A DNA stretch of 64,000 nucleotides from Phoronis australis (Eukaryota > Animalia > Phoronida), in assembly GCA_002633005.1 (NCBI GenBank), contig NMRA01000098.1:16388-80387 (forward strand). Direction: 5' to 3'. This document shows, in pieces, positions 55,901-64,000 of this stretch. Under the pieces are notes generated by a model. That model searched no databases. It was given only the letters and a program-made list of their open reading frames with translations, and was not told the DNA's origin. How positions within the stretch are numbered: the stretch's first letter is position 1; each line of letters starts with the position of its first letter. The translations under genes were made by a program, and so were the position numbers.

Positions 55901-58900
55901 AAGCGATAACAACGTATTGAGAGATTATGTTTGAAATTGTCCAACAGACAAGTTGCACGAGTTTTACGTATAAAAATCAAATAACAAAATCAATATAATA
56001 ATAAGTTACATTTTATTATTGACAATTTTAACAGACAAATGCAAAAAACAACTGGAAAACATTTGAAGATGCTTCAACTTAATGTTTGAGGCTACTGACG
56101 TCGTTTCAGAAAATTTGAAAAATTGTCCGGGTTTCCGTTCTGATCCCAGGGGTTCGTGTTTTAAAGGTCGGGGTTCGTGTTTTAAAGGACGGGGTTCGTG
56201 TTTTAAAGGTCGGGGTTCGTGTTTTAAAGGTCGGGGTTCGTGTTTTTTGGTTAGCTGAAGGTGTGGGAGTGTGTTTTCGACTCCGTGTTATCTGTTTTGC
56301 ACCTGTATTCCAGTTCGACGGAACACCTTGCTATTCCCCGAATCAAAGGCTTACGAGTTAGTATGTACACCCCAGTAGTCGAAACTTCGCCAAATTTCCC
56401 GGAGCTCTGGACGATTTTAACATTATAGGGTGTGCCAGGGGTAATTGACGTACAAGTTCCGTAACTCTTCAGCGGGTCTATGGTAACATTTTCGTGTCGT
56501 CCGGTAGCTGTTAGCGGTGTGCACTCGAGATAGTATCTCATGAATTTTGTGCGTTCACGTCCCATAGCGTCATTCCACGAGACTTTTATACCGGAAACTG
56601 TGGCTGCCGCTGTAACGTTCTGAACACTTTCGAGTTCTGGAAAGAATACTTCGCTCAGTAGACGGACAAAATTCAGAAACCTGTTTGATGTTTTTATCTT
56701 TAACTAAGTGGTACCCCTGCGAGTGTAAAGGAATCAACTAGACATGGGAAGTTAATTGCCCTGGTGATACAAAATGATTTAGGAAACAAAAATATCACGT
56801 AAAAGCTGTGCTGTTATCAATGTTTTTAAGCATAATTTGCTATTGTCATCCATTTTTTTTTCTTTGCCGAATTTCATTTTTGTTGAATGCCGTTGTTATA
56901 GTTATTTCGCCGTACACACATGTGATGGCAGTAATACCATGAAGTAGGCCTACATACACGCATTGTGTCTTTATTACCATACCTCAAATTCACACGTACA
57001 GGTCGTTTCATGAATGTACGTTTCATGTGATTAGCTTGTAGTGAACAAAGTCCTCAATCTAATTATCTTGGTGCTATTTCCAGCACAGTAGAGCATGCTG
57101 TGCAAATAGAATTTGGTAAACAGAAAGCGCAGTGGCATTGGCATGAAGAATACATCAGCTAATGCGGAACACGTCTCACGGCACACAGTTTTCGACCTTC
57201 ACCAAGTAAATGTGCTGGCCCCTTGGGCCAGTTACTTGAATATGAAGCTACATCTACATAGGGCATATGTGAAAGTTTACTGGCTCGGTCGCAAATCCAC
57301 TGGCCCTGGGCCACAGTGTATTTCGAACGCTGGTCTCACACTGTGTTGTCTTCCAGCAACTGGAGTCTAACCACGCACCTCTTTCAACGTATCCAATACC
57401 TAACCCTGTATTGCACGCAAATATTCAAATGATGTTCAATATTGGGTTCATGGAGGATTAGTGTTCGTAGGCAGTAAAGTTCAACGACCTTCGCCCAATA
57501 TAATTCTTTGCTCCCTCTTTTCCAATTATGTAAATGAAGTTTTCAACCAATAACCGATATTTTCAAATGATTATTACAAAAAGGCATTTCCAATCTTGAG
57601 TTGTTTTTCCGTAGTAACCGTACCTGTAAAAGAGAAAAGAAAAACAACGATCAAATATACTTGGAAGCCATTTTGATACACAGTGGCGGATCTAGGATAT
57701 CACAAGGGGGGTCCAACATCTTGTCCGGCTGTAAGCATTTGCGCAAACNGTTTGCCCCCCCTCCCGCCCAAGAAATTTTTCTGTTTTTACCTCTAAAAAT
57801 CAAGCATTTTCCTTGATTCCTGAAGTATTATCCAAGACAAAAAAGACAAAACAACGGAGAACGTGTCGAATAAAATACCTGCAACAACCTGAGACTCGAA
57901 CTCCCGACATGGCGGACTAGAGCGAACGTGCGTTACCACTACACCACCACGACTTAAGGTTAGTACCTAGTTATTTATGGTCCACAGCCTTTGCGCGCGA
58001 AACCCACTTCTCTTTGTAATGCTTATTACACGTGTAATATTTTGTGCCATCAATTCTTAACAAATTTGTCGTATTTAAAATAGTCTTCAAATGCCCAAAC
58101 GACCAAATCTGTTTTTTGTGTTGGCAATAATGATGGGATTGCTTTGGAAATCGTCTTAAGATAAGGTTTGACAAAGAGAGTATTGCGAGTTTCTGAGTGA
58201 TTCACTAAGGCTTCGATTAAACACATCTTACCTGCAGCCGCCCTCGAGATGTTTTTGTCCGACGAAGTCGAATGTCAACATCCGGGTCCGAAATAAGCGT
58301 TAACGTCTGGCAGCGTGGAAAACATCTCAAGCTGGTTATTGCGTGACTGGGTTAACAGCATTATCGAAGTGGTCACCGTCTCAATAGTTGTGTGATGGGC
58401 CGTTCATATGCGCCTTACAACTTAATTAGTTGATATTATAAAGTGTCTTCTAATGGTTTGAGATTGCGGGATGTCATGTAGCTAGGCCACGTGTTGACTG
58501 GAAGTGTTGTAGCCTTGGTACAAAGCTGTATACTAAATTAATAATTATACAGCTTTGCACCGATGAGGGTAAAAAAGTGGTAAGATAAAATCTGGCACAA
58601 AATTAGTGTCATTAAAAACTACAGTCTTCCTTGAGTAAACTAAATTGTTTAACGGTGTTGGAAAAAATGGCGTCCTACCGTTATTCTGCTGCTAAAGTTG
58701 TCTTTAGCGACGGCTTTCGGCGCCATGAAATATTGCGTCACCTATTGGCCAGTTTCTTTTTTCGCCGATTCTTCAATCAACTGTTCTTCTTTCACGAACT
58801 TGCGTACAGGTCACAACAAATTATCGGAGCTGATTTCACTTCATACCGAAAAACAGAATTTCAGAAGAAATTTTGCTGCTGCCAAGTTATCATCATCTCC

Positions 58901-59885
58901 GAGAGATGTCGCAAAAATTTAGGAAATGGCGCGTGCGCGTTACACGAGCGCACTGTTTTCAGACGACATACTTTTCTTTGTTAGAAAAGGCGGAGAGTTA
59001 CGCAAGAAAATAACGTTTATTGCATTGTTTTTCACTTAAACGGCTGTAACGGGCCAGGTGAGTGTCGGTTGATTCCCAGGTTTTGCATGTACTGTAGTTT
59101 TTAATGACACTATTTCGTGTCAGATTTTAGCTTACCACTTTTTTACCCACATCGGTGCAAAGCTGTATATTTATATATACAGCTTTGTACCAAGGCTATA
59201 TCGTTCCTTGATCCCATTGAATTATCCCTGTGAGTGGTGAATTGGCGATGAAATTTTCAAAACGAACTCAAAACTCTGAACTCAAGGACCTAAAATTGTC
59301 AACATGGCGGATTTCACTGAGTTGTGCTTGAACTGTCAAAGATAAAATTTCGAGTTTGAGCAAGAAAACCCTATGTCCAAGTCAAGAAATTTATCCCCAT
59401 GTTCAATCGGATTGAGGTTATCAAAATTAACCTTCCACTAAAGTGTAATTTGTTTCTTCTTATAGCTCATTTGTTAACCCTTGACCTAGAATTTAATTGC
59501 AAGAACCGGGGTATCTTGTGTAGTGATCTTGACATTGTGTGCTACTCTTGGTTGAAGCATAACGAACACTCGGTTTTTGGCTGACATTTCCGATGTCTGA
59601 TCACACGTTTAGTCGAGGTAAATTACCATCGGTAAATGCCGGATTTCGCAGTAGGACAGCGTTATAAGCCAGCAACCCGTGTTACCACGGTTATAAACAA
59701 TGTTGTTTTGCATAATCAGAGTTTAATTACATTCAAACTAATAGTAAATTATGTGGAGGGCACTCAAATAACAGTCGTGGATTTTGTCGAATTATCACCC
59801 TTGGGGCTAACGCCCCTCGGGCGATAATTCTCCAAAATCCACTCGGGCTCTGGATAATGGGTTATAACGACTTCGCCATGTAAAA

Positions 59886-59971
<86 letters not shown>

Positions 59972-62900
59972 CCTGCGTACATTATAACGTCGTAGGGAAA
60001 ATGACGAATTGTATCAAATGAGCGTGGCGCAAATTACGTTCATTCCTTGTTCACGCGACGCTAATTTCAAAATGAGTGGATGTAGGCCTACGTATGTAGT
60101 GATTATCGCAGCAAAAAAAATGTAGTGAGCTTTTGCGCTCAATTTTCCCATCAGGCAAATAGTGTGCTATTCGCCAGTTCAGTTTGTCTGCTGTTACCAA
60201 ATGTGTTGGCGTCAGCGTTCTTGTTTGGCTATTTCAAAGTTTTCGACAAAATCTTGCAGATGTTCCATATCAGCTGTTTTTGCGAAACTTACCTGAATGT
60301 TTGTCACAGCACACGAGCAGGTGACGCAATGAGTGAAACCGACAAACGTTCAAATGCATCCACTTTACACTTTCTATGAAGTTCGTTTAACTCACGACAA
60401 TGACGACAACATCTCTTTATTAGATATTTAAAAATAGGATTTTGAAATTGTCTAGAGTCAGAAATTTCAAAAGTGTGTAAGTACGGATTAAATTGGAGAA
60501 TTTTATCAGCTACTGCTTTCGCCAACAAAACCTGACATCAATTACTTGTTTTGGCCATATCGCTCGCGTGTCGTCTGCTCTGTTTTGTAAGATTCCCGTA
60601 TTTTATCGTGGTCACCACGCTCACACTATACTCCGTGCCGGCCGTCAGGCCCCGTATGAAGTAGATGCGGTTCTCGTCCTTGTGTACCTCCTGAATGAGA
60701 TCCCCATCGAGAAGAATTCGAAACGAAGTCCAATGACCTTCGGTCGGATCATCCCAGCTTACTCTTATCGATTTTGTAGAAGTTGATAGTAGCAAATTTC
60801 TTGCACTCTGTGGAGCTAAAATTTAAATGCCATTTTCTTTTGAATTTCATGAAAAAATAAAAACATGAAATTGCCCGCTCAAAGGTTAACAAGAAGCTGA
60901 TCTCAAAAATTTCATTGTCGTGGTAGCAGTCAGGCCACACCCACCATAGTTGCCGTTGCAAAGTCCCATAAGGGTATTCCAGCACAGAGCCCGATGATTA
61001 TTGAAAACTATCTTCGCACGTTAGTAGATAACGTAAGGTTTTGTATGTGGTCGGGTGCGTGGGAAAAGAATAGACCTACTTGAGTTTCGTCAGCGCTGTC
61101 ACAGTTTCGTGAGCCACAATAAGAGCTATCACGCTTCACATATGTGATTGCCATACATGTAACTCAATACAACAGGACCGTACCGGATTACACAGCAATA
61201 TTCGAGTCTCACTGTATGCATTTACCCACAATGCCGTAAACATCCGTCAGGCACATTACGCTGCCTCCTTTTTGTGCCATTGGATTTTCACATGTTATTT
61301 GTTGTCGTGTGATTCTTTGTGACTTTTTGACAACGTAGAACTTTTACTTAAAAAACATGGGGGACTAAAAAAAAAACGGGGTACCACGTTTAAAGCTATG
61401 AATTGTGCATTCGCGCCTTTTTAGTGGATTTTTGTCTCGTTTTCTCCTCTCCAAATATCCGTGATATTTTCATCTGAAATTCTTCGCTTTCCCGACATTA
61501 ATGAATGAAAGACACGACAATGTGTCTCATTTTCAAAACTAGGTGACGCACTTTCTTACCTCCTGGAAGAAAGGAGAGTTCTATCGCCGTGTAATCCGGG
61601 ACGGCCGTATTCGGATACTTGTAAAAAAGGAAATACTTGAGACTCTTTTACAGGGTGAATTTGTTATACTTTGGTGGTACTAGCGTATATTCAGCTTATC
61701 GTGAGGTCTACCGTCCACATGCCAGTGTGTTTATATCTCGCAAGCCCTTTTTCTAGTTCGTTCTCTGGAATCGTTGGCATGCACTAGTATTGTAAGTGTA
61801 CAAAACTGATGGAAAAACGTAAAGAAAACCACTTTTCACTTTAGGAGCAAATGATTCGGGTTCAAGATGGAAGACGCCTACGGTGGCCCAAAAATGACAT
61901 CGCACGTTTCTTTTTTAATAATCTCAAGATCCCGACATAATTATCGCAGTATCTCGAGACTCCGACTTAATTAGCTCGAGACTCCGACTTAATTGTCTCG
62001 AGATCCCGACGAAATTTTATCGATATCCCGGCTTAATTATCTAGGCATCTCGATTCTATCAACACAATCTGTTTTCAAATGCCCACCGGTCTCAACTAAT
62101 AAATGGTGGTTTTTCACAACGAATACTCACAGTAGTTTGGATAAAAACACGTTGCAAGTAAATTGAAAGAATGCTCAGGGGCGTCGAGAGCGGGTGGAAA
62201 GAAGGGACCACAATCCCGGGGTGCGCGGTGAAGAAGAAAAAAATTAAAAACATTGCAACAAAAAAAAATCCTCCAGAGATTTGGGCTAGTCAAGCTCAGT
62301 TAGACATGGATAAAAGCTGAGAAACCACGAGGGGCCCTCAAAATTTGACGGGAACAGTTTAAAAATTGCAATTGTGTGTGACTGTTGACAGATAATAAAG
62401 GAAGAGGCGATGTAGATTACGTAATTTTGTATATTGTACAACTGCTTATAATATGGGTTGATGGCATGTTGTACAAGAAAATAAATGTTCTAAGGGTAAA
62501 GTAATATTTCAGTGGCCTCCTAGCTGAAAAATAGTTGGGTACCACCCGAGCAAAACTGTAATATAGCTGGCGGTTTCTACATACACTCGCCGAGACCATA
62601 GACCAAGGGTCAAAAATGGAAGGGGCCATTACCTGTTAGGACGGTAATTGGCTTTGCTGTTGCTGGAAGAACGCCCGAGTACGTTGTTACAACAGTTACG
62701 GTGTAGACGAAACCAGGAGTTAATCCGCTGCAGGTTCCTTGGTTGTTAGAACCACTCACAGAATCCGAGCCATTGTTACCCGGGTTAGAAGTTATACACT
62801 TCACTTCGTATTTTTGTGCGACCGCCACTCGGTTCCACCTGACCTCAATTTGATCTTCACGCGCAACCTTAACCCTTAGATTAGCTACAGGATTCAGAGC

Positions 62901-63849
62901 TGAAACCAACATAAGAGGAATATGTTCTTGTTATGAAATGCTGTGCATATCCTTCTGCACTCCGTTTCAAGACATCGAGTTTGGCGCTTGTGGGAAACGG
63001 GTCACAGCTACCGTATGCACTTTAAGGCAAAAGACGCACCGAATTTCTTTCTGAGACTATCAAAAGTTTCTGCATGCATTCTTCCGTATAGATCACTTAG
63101 AAACGTTCCTGCGATTTGTGGATATTCATCTTTTACTCGAGTCTAACAATGATGACTACGACCAAAACGGTGATGACAGTTATGAGGGCTTCGTGGCTGT
63201 GGGTGCAGTTGGTTCGTGGTGGTGACCGGGTGGTGGTGGTGGCTTAGGATGGTTGGTGGTGATTTTAGTTACTTAGTTGGTTTTTGCTGGTGGTAACGAT
63301 GGTGACATTGGTGTTAATGCTCGTGGTCCTGACGATACTCTTGACGGTGACCGCAGCAATCCTGCTGTGAAAGGGCGTTGTGGCCGTATTGGTGATGGTG
63401 TCCAGGATAATGATCATGATTCTGATCATCAATGGTGTTATGGTGCTGGTGGCGATGATAGCGATAGTGATAGAGATATTCATGATGGTGAAGACTATAA
63501 CAAGACACAGGGCTAAGTAAAAATGTTAACTATTTGAAGTTTTCGATGTTTCTCTGTCGCTTAAAACTTACCTCTCCGTCAACGAAAGGGCTTATGTTGC
63601 TAGAGTGCGTTTGAAATATACGTGTCCGCCTACGAATCGACTTACGTTGGTAGAGTACGGTTTGGTTAGCGGACAAGATTGTATCGTTAATTGAAGATCT
63701 CCGTGTTTTCACCACACAAGAATAAACGCCCTCGAACACTTCCTTGGCCACTTCATTCTCTAATGCATCGCCGTTCAATGTTAACGTATCATCTCCATTT
63801 CCACTGACGGTGAACTCATCTCTGAAATTCAATATATTATACGATAAGT
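9938..63849 (-). CDS. Large spliced type I membrane protein gene (5' end outside window): Ig - FN3 array - 2xTSP1 - TM - long low-complexity cytoplasmic tail
   Basis: 22 exons with canonical splice sites. All ectodomain exons are phase 1-1 and join in frame; the last intron is phase 0. Individual exons are listed below. Confidence 0.85.
12000..12156. mobile_element. Small GC-rich inverted-repeat element (MITE-like); shorter copy at ~40135-40200
   Basis: Termini catgggcggcgca...tgcgccgcccatg; shared ggggctatagcccccc hairpin. Confidence 0.6.
13715..15690 (-). CDS. Exon with TM helix (IIWIIVSCLIVFVTMILACCLVVGFC, then RHRKR) and Ser/Glu-rich cytoplasmic region
   Basis: Acceptor ttttcag at 15691; hydrophobic helix followed by a basic stop-transfer cluster; 2 kb open frame. 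Confidence 0.85.
15971..16123 (-). CDS. TSP1 repeat exon 2
   Basis: KWGPWSKCTVTCG...RRQRVYSC; ag/gt boundaries, phase 1-1. Confidence 0.88.
17186..17353 (-). CDS. TSP1 repeat exon 1 (not represented in frame in the ORF track)
   Basis: [25 protein letters not shown]...KSCTKAPC read from the reverse strand; ag/gt boundaries, phase 1-1. Confidence 0.9.
17932..18219 (-). CDS. FN3 exon
   Basis: PYPPSHV...LTVEWTPP...YVIEY...FTISRLAPGTEYLINV. Confidence 0.9.
18441..18591. repeat. Minisatellite, 8 x 19 bp (gatctgtatg[c/t]tcacaccc)
   Basis: Direct tandem copies with no spacers. Confidence 0.95.
19576..19860 (-). CDS. FN3 exon (Cys-pair type)
   Basis: IKATWKHAEGNKDHYILLC...CANLSAGLLYGISVTT. Confidence 0.85.
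20665..20952 (-). CDS. FN3 exon
   Basis: PESPRDL...FEVRWQPP...SYVVKY...RLDPGSEFGVMV. Confidence 0.88.
21118..21567. mobile_element. MITE / non-autonomous DNA transposon with ~100 bp terminal inverted repeats
   Basis: cttattatttaaaatgacttattcttattaaaatgacataggcaaaaaa...gacctcaaaagcgaggcc is mirrored at the right end; internal cctatattaatatagg palindromes. Confidence 0.8.
22945..23208 (-). CDS. FN3 exon (duplicate of 25612-25875)
   Basis: VFVSWSHAAGNREGYNLRC...CSLCTPGTLYNVTVET. Confidence 0.8.
23579..23845 (-). CDS. FN3 exon (duplicate of 26246-26512)
   Basis: IRVRWDHADGNVGNYAVTC...CLGVTPGAEYEVHV. Confidence 0.8.
25036..25302 (-). CDS. FN3 exon (duplicate of 27671-27937)
   Basis: MDVTWRHADGNVGSYCVTC...CRHLTPGAVYAVFV. 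Confidence 0.8.
25612..25875 (-). CDS. FN3 exon
   Basis: Same translation as 22945-23208. Confidence 0.8.
26246..26512 (-). CDS. FN3 exon
   Basis: Near-identical to 23579-23845 (IYSS/ISSS and SND/SSD differences). Confidence 0.8.
27671..27937 (-). CDS. FN3 exon
   Basis: Near-identical to 25036-25302 (RHLTPGA vs RYLTPGK). Confidence 0.8.
28683..28964 (-). CDS. FN3 exon
   Basis: PKPPEQV...INITWTYP...SYSI...FDGLTPGENCTVVV. Confidence 0.85.
29363..29629 (-). CDS. FN3 exon (Cys-pair type)
   Basis: ITVSWEEALG...YRIEC...CGDLTAGVVYSVTVTT. Confidence 0.88.
30130..30420 (-). CDS. FN3 exon
   Basis: PLPPEGM...IEIRWNPP...SYIIRV...APGSIFDVVI. Confidence 0.85.
31130..31480. repeat. Degenerate array of aattaatttac motifs, first half and second half in opposite orientation
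   Basis: Repeated ttaatttac, then gtaaattaa. Confidence 0.55.
32040..32205. repeat. Short fold-back (inverted repeat) element
   Basis: caaaacgtacc...cgtagatgaagtaatatcccac mirrored by gtgggatattacttcatctacg...ggtacgttttg. Confidence 0.7.
32303..32450 (+). mobile_element. Short repeat family beginning cagtggcggatctagga; other copies at ~35297 (spanning the gap to ~36033) and ~57681
   Basis: Shared cagtggcggatctagga...ggggcccaacattttgtc start; related taaatccgcctatg ends at ~35224 and ~36021. Confidence 0.6.
32640..35080 (-). mobile_element. Decayed RNase H-containing LINE (I/R1-group-like) 3' fragment, interrupted by DNA-element copies
   Basis: RNase H motifs YTDGSK..GSG (in ORF 34718-35077) and VKAHVGIYGNEAADKIAK (~34570-34630); C-terminal ITGHC...CPNCG..ETPQHLMEIC zinc-knuckle (32645-32914); stops and frameshifts. 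Confidence 0.8.
32960..34369 (-). mobile_element. Two tandem ~700 bp copies of a non-autonomous DNA element nested in the LINE
   Basis: ~32960-33676 and ~33677-34369 are similar to each other and to the reverse complement of 58510-59198; each ends in tacagctttgt[a/t]ccaaggcta. Confidence 0.8.
37290..37570 (+). mobile_element. Highly decayed LINE reverse transcriptase fragment
   Basis: QICMLLHADDMVECAET resembles the RT catalytic LL(Y/F)ADD motif; no intact ORF. Confidence 0.45.
38320..38524. mobile_element. Inverted-repeat (MITE-like) element rich in acttaag motifs
   Basis: gttccaagaaactgactta ... taagtcagttttcttggaac termini. Confidence 0.6.
43082..43102 (+). promoter_or_regulatory. Splice acceptor (polypyrimidine tract + cag) 9 nt upstream of the nested gene's ATG, implying a 5'UTR intron
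   Basis: tcgtttttttctatattacag|gtctgaacaATG. Confidence 0.65.
43112..50317 (+). CDS. Nested, intronless 2401-codon gene (one in-frame TGA at 44447-44449): secreted ricin-B-like lectin-repeat protein with C-terminal AID/APOBEC/SNAD-like zinc deaminase domain
   Basis: ORFs 43112..44449 and 44621..50317 share a frame and the intervening 57 codons are open. Features: N-terminal hydrophobic signal, several RxxR sites, ~11 repeats of F-I-x-S...PC-x-(V/L)LT...QLW(Y), and HVE (49829) plus YIFTKNSPC (Cys at 49934) motifs. Confidence 0.85.
50421..50426 (+). terminator. Candidate polyadenylation signal of the nested gene
   Basis: AATAAA ~100 nt after the stop codon; position only, no transcript evidence. 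Confidence 0.3.
53919..54197 (-). CDS. FN3 exon (Cys-pair type)
   Basis: ISVHWTHSHGNKDSYVLRC...CSRCTPGSLYNITVQT. Confidence 0.88.
54551..54844 (-). CDS. FN3 exon
   Basis: PLPPHG...IALKWNRP...SYHIGY...FTGLVPGTEYAF. Confidence 0.9.
56149..56246. repeat. Minisatellite, ~4.7 x 21 bp (ggggttcgtgttttaaaggtc)
   Basis: Direct tandem copies. Confidence 0.9.
56355..56636 (-). CDS. FN3 exon (Cys-pair type)
   Basis: IKVSWNDA...YYLEC...CTSITPGTPYNVKI. Confidence 0.85.
57888..57950 (-). mobile_element. tRNA-derived SINE head or tRNA pseudogene fragment
   Basis: Reverse strand ggtgtagtggtaacgcacg...gggagttcgagtctc has Pol III A-box and B-box-like motifs at tRNA spacing; no full cloverleaf seen. Confidence 0.5.
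58510..59198 (+). mobile_element. Complete non-autonomous DNA transposon with long inverted ends, bounded by TA
   Basis: TA-gccttggtacaaagctgtata ... tatacagctttgtaccaaggc-TA, plus ~80 bp subterminal inverted repeats; no transposase ORF. Confidence 0.8.
59888..59969. repeat. (TA)n microsatellite
   Basis: Perfect TA run. Confidence 0.98.
60546..60815 (-). CDS. FN3 exon
   Basis: IRVSWDDP...FIRGLTAGTEYSVSVVT. Confidence 0.9.
61922..62040. repeat. Degenerate tandem repeat of ctcgaga[t/c]-ccgacttaatt units
   Basis: 4-5 imperfect copies. Confidence 0.6.
62633..62899 (-). CDS. FN3 exon (Cys-pair type)
   Basis: PVANLRV...IEVRWN...YEVKC...CSGLTPGFVYTVTVVT. Confidence 0.9.
63150..63495. repeat. Degenerate (GGT/GAT)n low-complexity intronic tract; similar tract at 63920-64000
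   Basis: Triplet-rich sequence. Confidence 0.7.
63646..63849 (-). CDS. Exon encoding the C-terminal half of an Ig-like domain
   Basis: TLTL...FEGVYSCVV resembles the Ig D-x-G-x-Y-x-C motif; ag/gt boundaries, phase 1-1. Confidence 0.7.
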
Positions 63850-64000
63850 CTACCGTCAAAGTAAGACAATCAAAAGATGGTTTGCAACATCTCTCTTAAG
63901 TGTGTATTGTTGAACTAACGGTGATGGTGGGGGTGGTGGCGGCGGCGACGGTGGTGATGATGGTGGTGGTGGTGGTGATGGTGGTTGTGGTGGTGGTGGT

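Noticed and set aside
63265-63516. Thr/Ile-, His- or Asp/Gly-rich ORFs suggesting a mucin-like exon
   Set aside because: Explained by a degenerate triplet tract; no convincing splice sites, and the neighbouring exons join without it

Overview
This is eukaryotic (invertebrate-animal-like) genomic DNA with spliceosomal introns, two assembly gaps and many repeats. It holds three protein-coding loci. (1) The last five exons of a + strand leucine-rich-repeat gene (3038-6435). (2) A large - strand gene entering from beyond the right edge and ending at 9938. It encodes a type I membrane protein: partial Ig domain, 14 distinct FN3 exons (17 with a gap-flanking duplicate that is probably an assembly artefact), 2 TSP1 repeats, one TM helix and a ~970 aa low-complexity tail with no recognisable catalytic domain. 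(3) Antisense inside a 23.5 kb intron of gene 2, a single 7.2 kb reading frame (43112-50317, 2401 codons) that the ORF track splits only because of one in-frame TGA at 44447. It encodes a signal peptide, a furin-site-rich pro-region, about 11 ricin-B-like (QxW) repeats, a hydrophobic Gly/Ala helical segment, a Lys-rich linker, a Cys-bracketed furin loop (C-KRFRR-ALVPLGP-C) and a C-terminal zinc-dependent deaminase-like domain (HVE...NSPC) resembling AID/APOBEC/SNAD enzymes. This looks like an animal AB-toxin-like secreted nucleic-acid deaminase and is the main finding. All assignments come from motif reading by eye; no database searches were run.
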